Assembly: GCF_018350175.1 (NCBI RefSeq) | Contig: NC_058368.1 | Location: 152,832,001 to 152,896,000, forward strand | Origin: Felis catus | Taxonomy: Eukaryota | Reading direction: 5' to 3' | DNA length: 64,000 nucleotides | In this document: positions 49,268 through 62,100 of the stretch, piece after piece | Position numbering within the stretch: position 1 is the stretch's first letter | How the letters are laid out: every line of letters begins with the position of its first letter | Position numbers and translations under genes: made by a program | Notes under the pieces: model-generated | Seen by the model: the letters and a program-made list of their open reading frames with translations, nothing else | Databases searched by the model: none | What the model was told of the DNA's origin: nothing

Positions 49268-50597
49268 AATTCTTAAGTCTCTAAATTTACAGACTTGGTA
49301 CCTTTTTTTATGGAAGTTACTGGTTATATGTAGGGTTAAAACTTAGGCATATTTTATCTTGACAGTTGGACTCTTACCTGATTGAAAATTAGAACATGAC
49401 TTTATTCATCTTTACATTCCTCCCATCATCTTCCATAAATATGTGTTGCATAGAGGAGTTATTGACAAGTCTATTGTGCATTTTATTTCAAATAGGATTT
49501 TTGGTAAATTGCAATCTTGACTAGATCTCACTAGACTTAAAACTTGTATCTCATACACAGATGTCAATCTTGTAAGAAAAATCTTTTGAGATCAGAGTTC
49601 AATCCTATATTGCTATTTGGATAAATGTCTTTATGAGTCTTTTGCTGACTTCATTCTTGTAAAGTGATACTAGTCAGTATTTAGAGATAAAAATGATTTT
49701 CATGGAGTAGAAATACCTTATTGGTAACAGCAGGCAGGTACAGTAGATAAAGATCCTGAAAGATAGAGAAGTTATGCTTTCATCCTATTTGAAGGGGGTC
49801 TCTACCTGTAGGAGAGAGAGGGAAAAGAAAAAAGGCAAGCAGAGGTGGTCTTGGAGAAGCTGAAAGGAAGGGCGATAGGCTGGGTAGAGGTGTAGGTGGG
49901 AGAAGAGACTGCTTCCTCTGGGCTTGCTCAACTGGCAGGAGATGCCAAGGGAAGTCCTAAATACTAAAGATATTATAATTATGGATTAAGGGAATGTGGT
50001 GGACAGTACATAGGATGCTAGCTAAGTATATCCTTTTTCCTAATGAGGGCAATGCTACTAAACCCATATCTAAGTAGTTTCAGTTAGATAAGAGAAGAAT
50101 TTGGTCTCACCTCTTACTTCTCTAATATAATGCCCAAATCATAGAGTTAAATTTTCTTCTGCATCCTGAGAAGCAGCTAATTTTCAGAGCATTTTGCTCT
50201 CATTGTCTTCCCAGCTGTCAAAAGGCAAGGTACAAGTAAGAGTAATACACATTCCAGTTTCAGTAAGAGGAAATTTAGAAGGGTGAAGAAGGAAGAAGGT
50301 TATATGCTTAGAAGAATAAAAAAAATTTTTCCAAAATGTATGGTGAGCTTCTAATACACATTTTAACATCTCACATTTTGTGACTAGAAGGAAACTTCTT
50401 ACTCATCCAGTTCAAGTTCTTCTTTTTATGTATGATAAACTGATACCTAGAGATGTAAATGAGACTGATTCAGTGACCATGTTCTTCTCTAGTAGGCTTT
50501 GAGAGATTATTTGGAGGTCCTAGCAGACCTAAGAACCAACCATCTCCTCATTTTTAAATAAAGAACAGGCTTCAAGGGTACTGAACTTATTTAGGAA

Positions 50598-50740
50598 AGT
50601 AGTGGTAAGAGTTTACGCTCTGATGATAGAACACCTGGGTTCAAATCTTAGCTCTTCCCTCAATTAGCTCAGTGACTTTAGGCAAGTTGCTTAGCCTTCC
50701 TGAGCCTCCCGTGTTTGCTGGGGTTAATAATAGCATTGTT
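50598..50740 (+). mobile_element. MIR, 5' part (interrupted by the L1)
   Basis: CCTGGGTTCAAATCTTAGCTCT...GTGACTTTAGGCAAGTTGCTTAGCCTTCCTGAGCCTC resembles the MIR core. Confidence 0.75.
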
Positions 50741-52047
50741 AATGGAAAAAAGACAGTCTCTTTAACAAAAGGTGCTGGGAGAACTGGACAGCAACATGCA
50801 GAAGAATGAACCTAGACCACTTTCTTACACCATTCACAAAAATAAACTCAAATGGATAAAGGACCTGAATGTGAGACAGGAAACCATCAAAACCCTAGAG
50901 GAGAAAGCAGGAAAAGACCTCTCTGACCTCAGCCACAGCAATTTCTTACTTGACACATCCCCAAAGGCAAGGGAATTAAAAGCAAAAATGAACTATTGGG
51001 ACCTCTTGAAGATAAAAAGCTTCCACACAGCAAAGGAAACAATCAGCAAAACTAAAAGACAACCAACGGAATGGGAAAAGATATTTGCAAATGACATATC
51101 AGACAAAGGGCTAGTATCCAAAATCTATACAGAGCTCACCAAACTCCACACCCGAAAAACAAATAATCCAGTGAAGACATGGGCAGAAAACATGAATAGA
51201 CACTTCTCTAAAGAAGACATCCTGATGGCCAACAGGCACATGAAAAGATGCTCTACATCGCTCCTCATCAGGGAAATACAAATCAAAACCACACTCAGAT
51301 ATCACCTCATGCCAGTCAGAGTGGCCAAAATGAACAAATCAGGAGACTATAGATGCTGGCGAGAATGTGGACAAACAGGAACCCTCTTGCACTGTTGGTG
51401 GGAATGCAAACTGGTGCAGCCACTCTGGAAAACAGTGTGGAGGTTCCTCAAAAAATTAAAAATAGACCTACCCTATGACCCAGCAGTAGCACTGCTAGGA
51501 ATTTACCCAAGGGATACAGGAGTACTGATGCATAGGGGCACTTGGACCCCAATGTTTATAGCAGCACTCTCAACAATAGCCAAATTATGGAAAGAGCCTA
51601 AATGTCCATCAACTGATGAATGGATAAAGAAATTGTGGTTTGTATACACAATGGAGTACTACGTGACAATGAGAAAGAATGAAATATGGCCCTTTGTAGC
51701 AACGTGGATGGAACTGGAGAGTGTGATGCTAAGTGAAATAAGCCATACAGAGAAAGACAGATACCATATGGTTTCACTCTTATGTGGATCCTGAGAAACT
51801 TAACAGAAACCCATGGGGGAGGGGAAGGAAAAAAAAAAGAGGTTAGAGTGGGAGAGAGCCAAAGCATAAGAGACTCTTAAAACCTGAGAACAAACTGAGG
51901 GTTGATGGGGGTGGGAGGGCGGAGAGGGTAGGTGATGGGTACTGAAGAGGGCATCTTTTGGGATGAGCACTGGGTGTTGTACGGAAACCAGTTTGACAAT
52001 AAATTTCATATATTAAAAAATAAATATACATTAAAAAAATTAAAAAA
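50741..52047 (+). mobile_element. 5'-truncated LINE-1 (feline-like): ORF2 C-terminus, 3' UTR and poly(A)
   Basis: 340-aa ORF with [17 protein letters not shown] and the Cys-rich CWRECG...HCWWEC motif, stop at 51794; 1-nt frameshift near 50851; G-rich 3' UTR; AATAAA at 51998; 16-bp TSD with 2 mismatches (50726-50741 and 52048-52063). Confidence 0.96.
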
Positions 52048-52050
52048 AAT

Positions 52051-52150
52051 AAGAGAATTGTTAGATTAAATGAAATTGTGAATGAGAGAGGTTCCTTGCA
52101 CAGTTCTTGGAATGAGTTGGCTCTTCATAAGAGAAGGTTGTATTATTGTT
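52051..52150 (+). mobile_element. MIR, 3' part (continues after the L1)
   Basis: GATTAAATGAAATTGTG...GCACAGTTCTTGG resembles the MIR 3' end. Confidence 0.6.
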
Positions 52151-53961
52151 TTTCAGAGTGGGTGGGAATGGAGCCTGAGGCAATTCAGTGACTTGAGAAG
52201 TAGGTGCATCAGCACTAGTGGTTAGAGAGTTATTAAAACACTGGAAACCTAACACTGTGGAATGACATCCATGGAGTGATTTCACTGACTGATGGTGGTT
52301 TCTACTAAATTCATTTGAGTCCCCCGACCCCCAGCATAAAGTTTTTCTACTCCGTCATATCTCTAGTTATCATTTCTATAGTTATTCAGTACTACTTTCA
52401 TTTTGAAGTTATGAAGAATTTAAGTAACTTTCCTTAGTAAGTTACTTGCCCAAGATTAGAACATGTCGTTTGAATTCCAGACCATTTCCCCTTCCCCTGC
52501 TGCTGTACTTAATGGTTCTATGTTAGCAAAATGTGTAAAGGTGATAGTTAAATCACTTAGGAGGCATACTGTTAACCCACAAATATTTTTTAAAAATATT
52601 TAAGTAAGATATTATTTTATTACTAGTTTGTCTGTTTCTGAGCAGATCTGGGCCCATGGAAAATAATTTTATAATAGTTGAGCAAAACCTTACCCTGGAA
52701 TGCTTCTGACCTGATGAAGAAAGGAACTTTTGGCCATTACACATGTAATGGGTTCTTGTGAAGTCTCCACGTCATGTTTAAGTCTAGAGAAGTTCAGATA
52801 TGATCTGCAATTTTTGGATTCTGAACATAATTCAGGCAGATTGTTTGAGTAGAGTATTTTATAAGACTGGAAGATTCATTTTGTCTCTGGTCTAATTATG
52901 TGCTGGCACCCATCTGTACACTGTTCATTTTAGATGGTTCTTAGATTATAACATACTCTTTTGACTCTGAGTGGTTATAAGTAATGTTGTAATCATCATC
53001 ATAAAGCAAAGAAATACTTCGCTAGAAAATAAAGACAAGAGTCTGTGTTGGAATGTGATATGCTGACATCCTGGACTAAATGAAATGTTTGTGAACTCAA
53101 GTTTACTTGGCCATTAGGGAATAATAATTCCTGACGATAGTTACCCGTACTTTTCTAGTGTTTTAGTTTATTGTGTTTGCCAAATTTAGTTTCTCGAAGG
53201 TGGGAAAAGTACTGTTCTCTCTATATTTCAATACTACTGACAGTTGATCAGGGAAAGTAAAAGAATGATATATGCCATGGGGAAGCTAAATATATTTCTT
53301 CAGATAATAAAATGAGATTAAGTTCATTTACTGGGTGACTAAGATTCAACTTACTCTTGGATGGTATTAAAGTTCATCTTATTGCTTCCTGACATAATGA
53401 TTCTCATTAAAATGATCACAAAACAAAGGATGAAAAAAGCCCTGGTAGGTAAAAACAATGCATTATGTCAAATTAGACAGTGACACATTTAGCTGTGAAA
53501 TGTATTGGCTTAGCTTCGTAGAGTTATGCCAGGTACTGCTAAGATTTTTAGATTACTGTGAAAGAGTGAATAAGTAAAAACAGGTGAGTGACAGTACATT
53601 ACAAAATGGATTCAGGCTCTAGAGAATAAATTTTTTGAGATTGTTAAGAAGAACTGAGATGAAACATGACAAACTATAACTCAACAGACTAAATTTAGAC
53701 TTACTTGATACTGAATTTGGGAAAATTTTTAAAAATACATAAGATTACAGAATTGACTGTTATCAATATTTGGTCATATTTCTGTATAACCTTTTAAAAA
53801 TGAAACCTTACAAAAGTTGAAGCTCTCTATTTCCTTTATTCCCAGCATGATTCTACAGCTCCATGCCCTGCCTATCCCCAACCCAACCCCTCTACCCGAG
53901 CCAACTACTGTCACAGTGAAATTTGGGGATTTAAAAAAAATTTCATAGTAAGGTTTTTGTC

Positions 53962-54192
53962 ATTTATTATTTTATTTTAATTTTTTTTGAGTATTGCTGA
54001 CACACATTAATTAATGCTGACACATTAATTTCAGGTATACAATATAGTGACTCAACGTCTGTATACATTATGCTGTGCTCACAAGCTTAGCTACCATACG
54101 TCACCATTCAACACCACCACAGTACCACTGACTGTATTCCCTGTGCTGTGCCTTTTATTCCCATGACTTATTCATTCCATAACCAGGAGCCT
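53962..54192 (-). mobile_element. Older L1 3' UTR fragment
   Basis: TTTCAGGTATACAATATAGTGA...CACTGACTGTATTCCCTGTGCTGT; similar to the copy at 47562. Confidence 0.75.
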
Positions 54193-54313
54193 ATTTTACT
54201 TTCAAATCCTTACGTAAATGTGTATCCATTAACACTATGTAGTAAGCTTTATCTAATTTTATACTTTACGCTTATTGTATCATGCTATACATATCATTAT
54301 GTAACTTGATTTT

Positions 54314-54362
54314 TTTACTAGCATATTTAATTTACTAGCATATATAATTTATTAGCATATTT
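54314..54362. repeat. 17-bp tandem repeat, about 3 copies
   Basis: TTTACTAGCATATTTAA / TTTACTAGCATATATAA / TTTATTAGCATATTT. Confidence 0.85.
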
Positions 54363-54720
54363 CCACATCCATCTATGTTGAAAAGTATTGAAATGGTTCA
54401 TTCCTTTTAACTACTAAATAGCATTTCATTGTAGGAATGTTTATCTTTTTGCTTATTGAAGTACACATAGGTTGTCTCCTGATACTGATGTCCTAGTAAG
54501 AAGCTCACCCAGGAGAGTGAAGGTGTTTCTTAAAGAAAAACCAAAACCATAAACCCTCTTGTAATCTAACATAAGAATTTGATCCTGTAATTCTACAGAC
54601 TGTATCTCCAGATGTGTTTGTTTTTATAATTACGCACATAAATACTATTTCTGAACATCATCATTATGTCAAAATAGAAACATATTAGTAATCATCCTTT
54701 TTTCTTTTTCTAATTGTCAG

Positions 54721-54963
54721 ATACCTCGAGCTGAAATGCATTTTTTTGTGGAATTGTATGAAGTAAGTGCTGGGGCAGCGATAAACAATAGTGCCAGATT
54801 TGCACAAATTAAATTCTTACGGAGTGAGAAACCTCAAAGCCTCGTGTATTTTTCTGTGGGTTCTCGACTGCCAGTGGCTCATAAGAAGGCCACTTTAATC
54901 AGTTTGCAGGTGGCCAGAGATGCTGGGACAGGACTAATGATGTCTGTTAACTTCAGTACCCAG
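54721..54963 (+). CDS. ADGRV1: ADGRV1 exon (window exon 25, ~77), 243 nt, phase 0-0
   Basis: ttgtcag|ATA CCT CGA...ACC CAG|gtgagc; IPRAEMHFFVELYEVSAGAAINNSARFAQ...MMSVNFSTQ. Confidence 0.95.
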
Positions 54964-56073
54964 GTGAGCATGGACTATATATCAACCCACATTATGGTTT
55001 CCTTCTTTACTTGTAACATATGTCATAAAAAGAATAATTGATACAATATTTTCTCATGATACCATTTTAATTCACACTGTATTTATTACATTAAGCTTTT
55101 TGTCCTTGAAATAGTTCGGCTTCACTTAGGTCATGTTCTAAAGTGATAGTCTTTTATACTTCTTTTTTTGAAAAAGGTGATAATACAATGCAAAGTGTCT
55201 TACATAAAACGGTTCTATAAAATCTCTAGAGAGTTAGAATTTTTTCAGAATGTAACTGAGAAAGACCAGAAACAAAAAGTAAGAGTCTTTGTTATGTTCT
55301 GTATCTGAACTGGTTGAAAATTTACTTCTCCAAAACTTCACGGTCTATTTGACCTTTAGGTTTCTTTAAATCCATAAGTTCATGAGGTCTCGCTGCCACT
55401 TTTCACAGCCCTCCTACCGGGGAGAAGGGAGGCAGTAGGGGGTACCCAGAGACTCAGAAAAGCCGTGTGGTTAACACTCAGTGACCAGACCCTGGGATTG
55501 GTCCAGACGGCATCATACACCTTTCCGGCATTATTCTTTAAATTTTGTCTTAGTAGCAAAACACTAATACATGAAAACAAAAGAGCGTATCTGCTCTGCC
55601 TGAAGCACAGTTGTGGGGGTTAGAGTGTGCCCACCGTAGCCCTCCTTTTTTTTTTCCTTCACTCATTGAACTCGACAAAATCCACAATTTGAAAACCATC
55701 ATTCTGCTCACAGCTGCCATTTCCCCTGTTTCAAGATTCCAAACCTGGTGACCCTTTAGGCCTCCCAGTTTCAAAAGTGGTTGCTGTTGTTGCTGTTTTT
55801 ACAAAGTGCCCCAGACCGTGTACTTGGTTGGATCACTCTTGGGTGGCTCAAACATGTAGAACATTCTGTGCTTAAAGTACAATTTATGTGTAGCCAGTTT
55901 CTGTAGCCATCATGTGAGTCAGGGATGAGAGATGAGACTCAGAGCTGTGGGTGGTGAGCTGTCTGAAGTTTGCCAGGCAGAAAAGCTTGTCTTTATGACA
56001 GAGTCCATAGCTTGGCAAACAAGAAGATGAAACTCTCTATCATACGAAACTCTGGAAATAAACTCCATTCTGT

Positions 56074-56318
56074 GGGGCATCTTTGTGGCTTAGTCGGTTA
56101 AGCGTCTGACTCTTAGTTTCAGCTCAGGTCATGATCTCATGGTTTGTGAGTTTGAGCCCCTCGTCAAGCTCTGCATTGACAGACAGCATGCAGCTTGCTT
56201 GGGATTTTCTCTCTCTCTGTCCGCCCCTCCCCCCCGCTTGAGTTTCCGCACTCTGTGTGTGTGTGTGTCTCTCTCTCAAAGAAATAAATAATAAAAAATC
56301 AACATTTTAAGAAAAGAA
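56074..56318 (+). mobile_element. CanSINE
   Basis: Complete body; degenerate TSD AAACT.CATTCT. Confidence 0.9.
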
Positions 56319-56749
56319 AGAAACTTCATTCTAAATAGGCTCGAAATGGTATGGACACAAAGTGAGGTATTTTGATTCATGGTGGGAAGATTTTAGTATT
56401 TTTTTTCTTTTGAGCATTTAAGTAAGATAGAAAGAAGAATGGGGGAAAATACATGTTTCATTCTCTTCTTCTCCAGTGAGATAGATACTATCATATGCTC
56501 GCCACTTTGTAGATTAGAAGAAGAGAGACTGGAGAACAAGAACAGATGATAAAGAGATGTGAGGCACATTTTAAACTAGTTCAATGTGCTCAAATGACAG
56601 TGTAAGGTTGAAGTTTCCAAAACAAGAATCTGAATGCCAGCTTATCTATCACATTCATTTATATTCTTTCTCGATTCACCATAAATGATTCCTTGAAAAA
56701 CACATGCTGTCACTGGCATGTAACTCGTAGCATTTTTATGACCACTATG

Positions 56750-56897
56750 AAAATCAACATGAAGGATCCCTGTTGTGTTGAAAATGTTCTGTATGTTGAC
56801 TATATTCATGGAATAAAGGGTGCGGGGGATCACTCTTTATTACATCTCATAACTGCATGTGAATCTGCAGTTATCTCAAAATTAAAAATGTAATTTA
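56750..56897 (+). mobile_element. Ancient L1 (L1MC/MD-like) 3' end
   Basis: AACTGCATGTGAATCTGCAGTTATCTCAAAATTAAAA terminal motif. Confidence 0.6.
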
Positions 56898-57339
56898 AAA
56901 ACAGAAAGGAAAGTCTCACCTTTCTGGTACTTTATTTCCTGTTCCTTCATTGCCACTGCATTTTGTCTCTCTGAATGCTGACGTAAGTAGAGGACAGAGA
57001 CCTAAAATTCTATTTTCTAGTAGCTGGCAAGGATGAGAAAATAATTATGGACTAAGTTACTATACTGTTACAAAGATATCAATTTTCATTTTACTTTACA
57101 TAGATTATAATAATATAGTCAAATAGTAGCAGTAGCATGCATACTTTTGGTGGGTCAGCATTCTCTGTACATAAATACTATTGTCTTAACATAAGCTCCT
57201 TTATATCTGTGTATTTGTGACATAAAGTTAAGGGATGTAAAGATATGAGAGAGTGAAAACATCACCAATTCCAGTTATTTTTAGATAGGCCTATAGCTGT
57301 GTTTTGCATGAAGTAATGCAGAAGTCCCATCTCTTCTCT

Positions 57340-57916
57340 TTGCCTCCATGTTCCCCCCCTGCTCTAGCCTGTGCACAAGAGCCAGAACACTCAGGAAAAT
57401 ATGAGATAAAATGTGTCATTATACTGCTGGAATCCCCAGTGTCTTCCTGCCATTCTCTGTATAATGGATGTACGTGGTCTGACCCTGCCCACCTCTCTCA
57501 TGTCAGCTTCTTCTCATTTCATCCTTCTGATCACACTGGCTTCCTGGTTCTTCATCTGACATTTTAAGATGGTTCCCATCTCAGGACTTTTGCAATATTT
57601 CCCATCAGATCCCTTATGGCCTGTTTGCTTATGTCACTGAGGTCTCTGCTCACATATCACATCAGGATCTTCTATGACCAACCTTCTTTAAAATAGTACC
57701 CTTACCATCACCCTGTATCCCCTTGTGTAGTCTTATTTTTCTTCAAAAAATTCATCTTCATGTAAAATTATGTTGTTGATTCTCTAACTTTTGTACTACC
57801 TATATCTTCTGCTAGAACAGGTTCCATGAATGCAGGTGTTCTGTGTTCACATCTGCGTCCACAGTTTTCTAGCACACACGAGGGTTTAATATTTGTTTGC
57901 TCAGTTGTGAATGAAT
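57340..57916 (+). mobile_element. L2 3' fragment
   Basis: CTCAGGACTTTTGCA...GGTCTCTGCTCACATATCAC...AATATTTGTT...TGAATGAATG terminus. Confidence 0.65.
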
Positions 57917-58227
57917 GTACATTACTTTTTCTTTCCTAAGTTCTCAGGCTTCACTTAAAAATAAAAAATCTTTTAATAACCATAATTTGGAGAAAATCAG
58001 AAGTACATATGGCCAGGACCTAATATTCTTTAGGGCATTTTCGTGTCTTAAGTGTAACCAACAAGAGACCAATTTTTTCTGCCTCCTCCTTCTTCCCCTC
58101 TTCCTTCTTTGTACTCCTCCAAACTCCATCCTCCCAAATTTTTTAGGTGAGAAGGAAGATATAAATATTCTCTCATTTCCTCCATACTTCTATTATGCAG
58201 CATGAATTATTTAAAGCACAGTTTTCA

Positions 58228-58430
58228 GGGGCAGTTGGGTGGTTCAGTCGGTTAAGTGTCTGACTCCGGCTCAGATCGTGATCTCGCCGTTCCTGAGTTC
58301 AACTCCTGCATCGGGCTCTGTGCTGACAGCTCAGAGCCTGGAGCCTGGTTTGAATTCTGTGATTCCCTCTTTCTCTGCCCCTCCACCGCTCATTCTCTGT
58401 CTCTCAAAAAATAAATAAATGTTAAAAAAA
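58228..58430 (+). mobile_element. CanSINE
   Basis: Perfect TSD TAAAGCACAGTTTTCAG. Confidence 0.94.
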
Positions 58431-58739
58431 TAAAGCACAGTTTTCAGTGTGTTTACAACTGCAGAAATTCCATGAGGCAATAGTGGCATCTCTTTTCTAG
58501 TTCTCTTCCTTGAGCTATTCTAAGGCATCTGTCTTTCCTGACTTCATCACTGTGTATTTATCTCTCTAATTTATCTTAGGAGATTAGAGCAAATGTAAGA
58601 ACCCATGTTTTAGTATTAATGTTGTTATGGCCCATCAGTTTGTTTAAGAGAAACAGGATTTGTTTAAGAAGGTAGAGTTTGTTCAGGACAAAATCAGAGA
58701 TGTTAACAGTTTCACTTCATGGTGTTGTTTAATTTCTAG

Positions 58740-59147
58740 GAGTTGAGGAGTGCTGAAAAAATTGGCCGTACGCTCATCTCTCCAGCTCTTTCAGGGAAGG
58801 ATTTTGTGAGAACTGAAGGCACTTTGGTCTTTGAACCTGGCCAGAGGAACACCATACTGGATGTCATCCTAACACCAGACACAGGGTCTTTAAATCCTTT
58901 TCCTAAACGCTTCCAGATTGTGCTCTTTGACCCAAAAGGCGGGGCCAGAATTGATAAAGTATATGGGACTGCTAACATCACTCTCGTTTCTGATGCGGAT
59001 TCACAGTCCTTTTGGGGACTTGCGGATCAGTTACAGCAGCCCCTGGATGGTGACATTCTTAACAGAGTACTCCACAGCATCAGCATGAAAGTGGCAATGG
59101 AGAACACAGATGAACAGCTCAGCGCCGTGATTCATTTAACAGACAAG
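58740..59147 (+). CDS. ADGRV1: ADGRV1 exon (window exon 26, ~78), 408 nt, phase 0-0
   Basis: tttctag|GAG TTG AGG...GAC AAG|gtaaga; ELRSAEKIGRTLISPALSGKDFVRTEGTLVFEPGQR...QLSAVIHLTDK. Confidence 0.96.
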
Positions 59148-60116
59148 GTAAGACACTCTTGCAAGCGTTAGCAGCTGGATTAGTAAAATTTCATTTAAAA
59201 AATGAAAAAAAAACAAAACAGTAAATAATGTTAGTTATCAAGAAATTATGATAGGGTTAAATTTATGAACATAAGAATGGAATTCATCATATCAGACACT
59301 GTAATTTTGCTGATGTCTGTCTGGAAAGCTCAGTCTTAAGCCCGAAGAATAATCAGTAATCTGTAGTGGCAAGGACAGCCCATTGTCTGAAAGGGGGCAA
59401 CAGATGTCAGAAGCTAACCTCCAGAGGCTGGACGAATATCTTGTGAGATTTCATCTCAGTTTTCTGAGCCCGTAGAAAGGACTTGGACTAGAGTACATAG
59501 TTTTTCCGTGGAACAGGAGCTGTTGTTCTCTGCTTGTTTTCTGCTCCTCCTGGGCACTGAACAGGGCACCTTCTCTCAGAGAAGAAGAAATAAGGAATGA
59601 CCAAATGATTGCAGGCATTCAAATTGATGTGGACTTAGATCAACCAGGTCTTATCTTTAACCCATTTATTTATTTAGAGTAATGCCAGTAATGAAATTAA
59701 AAGGAAATGCAAGATCCTAAAAATGTAAATGAAAGACGAGATCTGCAAAGAATTATTATTAAAGGAAAAGACTCTATAGGGATTTATTTGGGACTTTCTC
59801 AATCAAGATATTTCTTAGTAATATATTTATGTACAAGCATGAAAATTTTTGAATGCATGCATATGAATTTATAAATGGTGTATTTTTACATAGTGACCCT
59901 TTAAGTACTTAAAATACTAACAGCGGAGTTTTAGATTATCATTCCTATTTTACTTCTCATGTGGTCTCTTAAAATACGATGCCTGAAGGGTAGAAAAGAA
60001 AATTATAAAGTACATAGGCAAGAAGAGGGAGTCTTGCCAAATAGCTTTTAAAACAAAGAGAAGTGACTGCTATTTCATGCAGAGAAAGTTCTAGAGATAA
60101 GAATTCACTATGGGAT

Positions 60117-60330
60117 GGGGTGCCTGGGTGTCTCAGTCGGTTGAGCATCCGACTCTTGATTTCTGCTCAGGTCGTGATCTCATGGTTCCTAGGATCGAAC
60201 CCCGCATCAGGCTCTGTGCTGACAGCACGGAGTCTGCTTGGGATTCTCTCTCTCCTCTCTCTCTGCCCATAGCCCACTCGTAGACACTCTCTTTCTCTCA
60301 AAATAAATAAATAAACTTAAAAAAAAAAAA
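60117..60330 (+). mobile_element. CanSINE
   Basis: TSD AAGAATTCAC..TGGGA. Confidence 0.93.
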
Positions 60331-60879
60331 GAATTCACGGTGGGAAATATTGTTACTTAAACTCTCTAATAATGAAATGGCCTAGGACAATAACACGTTG
60401 ATTTTGGCCAAGAAGAGGGAAAGAATGCACAGTAGCTCCATTTCAGAAAAGAGAACCTTATTTCATGTGATTTAGAGAAGATAAGGACATTCTATTTCCT
60501 CAATAAGCTATGTAAGAGAACTGTATATTATTGGTGTAGAATCAACATTTCTTTAACTAGCATTGTCAAGTAGTACATATTGTTTGCTTTTCATTGGATC
60601 TGTCATGAGTAGTAAAACTGAATTATGAAAGAAACTCATGAAAAAATATAATTAACTTTTTTTGTAATTCTTTTTGAGTAATCATTAGCAAACGTTGTTT
60701 TCAAAATGTGTTGTTATTCAAATTTTTTTAATGTATGGCATATTGTCTTCTCAAATTCAATTTTTATATGTATGTCATTATTTAATTCTGGTGATTTGAG
60801 TAGCTGACTTATTCAATAGTTTTACATATTTTATAATATGTTTTATATAATATTATACTTAATACTATATAAATAAAAC

Positions 60880-61560
60880 TGAAAAATTCTCCTGAATTCC
60901 CCTGAACAACTTGAGTAAATAGAAATTTATACCTTGTCCCACCATAGGAAGACTCAGCATCATAAAGACAACAGTTTCCTGTAAATAAACCTATAAAAGC
61001 AATATAGTCTCTATCAAAATATCAGTAAGTTATTTTGTATTTTTTAAACTGGACAAAGTGATGTCATTGTTGACCTGGAGGATATACATGTGAGAATGGG
61101 CAGAAATTTTGTGAATAAGAAGAAAAATGATAGGGACCTCACCACACCACAAATATGAAAACTATATTATGAACTTGCAGTGATTAAAACACAGTGACAC
61201 TGGTGCAGACATAGACACTGAGAGGATGAAAGAGAACAGAAAGTACAGAAATAAATGCAAGCACATATGAAAACTCCACATATCATAAAAGTGACATTTC
61301 AGATTAATGGGTTAAAAATTTTTATTCTGTAAATGTTATTGATGTAGCTGTTTTTAACCATTTGTAAGATAAATAGAGCTGGATCTCTATCCTAAACACT
61401 ATTCCAAAATAAATCTCAGACAGATCAGAGATTGTAAAACTGATACCATGAAAGTATTCATAGAAAACATGGATGAATCGTTTTTAATATGTAAGTTTGA
61501 AGTTAAACAAAATTTCTTTCTGCATACACCCCACGGAAAGTGAAAAGACAGCTAATGTTA
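60880..61560 (+). mobile_element. Ancient L1 ORF2 relic
   Basis: ATAGGAAGACTCAGCATCATAAAGA, GCAGTGATTAAAACACAGTGACACTGGTGCAG and GAGCTGGATCTCTATC resemble decayed L1M ORF2. Confidence 0.7.
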
Positions 61561-61619
61561 TAGGTCAGTGCTGACAACAGCACCCATACAAAGCAGGGAT
61601 TATATAAATGGCCACTTTG

Positions 61620-62100
61620 TTTTACTTATTGAGTGTTTTACCAGAAGAAACTTTGTATTTCCCTTGAATATGAATGGAAGGTTGGGTGGCTCCAGCATTC
61701 TTGGATGACAACCTTTAATTCTTAAAACTGCACATGTTGCTCTGTTGGCTTCTGGCATTTCATTTATAAAAAAGTCTGATGTCAAACTGAATTTTTGTTT
61801 CTCTTTTGGTAATTTTTCTTTCCTATCTGGTTTCTGGTAGGATTTTTTTTTTAACACTTGAAATAATATTTAACAATCACCCAGTGCATCTGTTGGTGTT
61901 TCTTTTTTTGAGTATAACAAGCTTTGCATTTTTAGACATGACTGTTTCTTTAGCTTATCAAGGAACTCTGGGGGGGGGGGGGTTATTTTTTTTATTTTTA
62001 TTTTTTGCTTCTGCCAGCTCTTTTATATGCTTATTGGATCTCATGGATTTATCTGTTACATTTTCTCAGAGTTCTGGAAGCATATCCTGAGCTGATTTTC
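61620..62100 (-). mobile_element. Ancient L1 ORF1/HAL1-like relic
   Basis: Minus-strand translation LTSDF...VLRIKGCHPRMLEPPNLPFIFKG resembles the ORF1p C-terminal LTADF...VLKEK..QPRILYPAKLSF..EG. Confidence 0.6.

Noticed and set aside
50772..51794. 340-aa ORF as a novel nested gene
   Set aside because: It is the L1 ORF2 C-terminus; its apparent N-terminus comes from a frameshift, and the EN and RT domains are absent
2231..60272. Recurring short ORFs such as MAQSVKCPTSAQVMIS and GAPGWLSRLSV as a peptide family
   Set aside because: All are translations of CanSINE bodies
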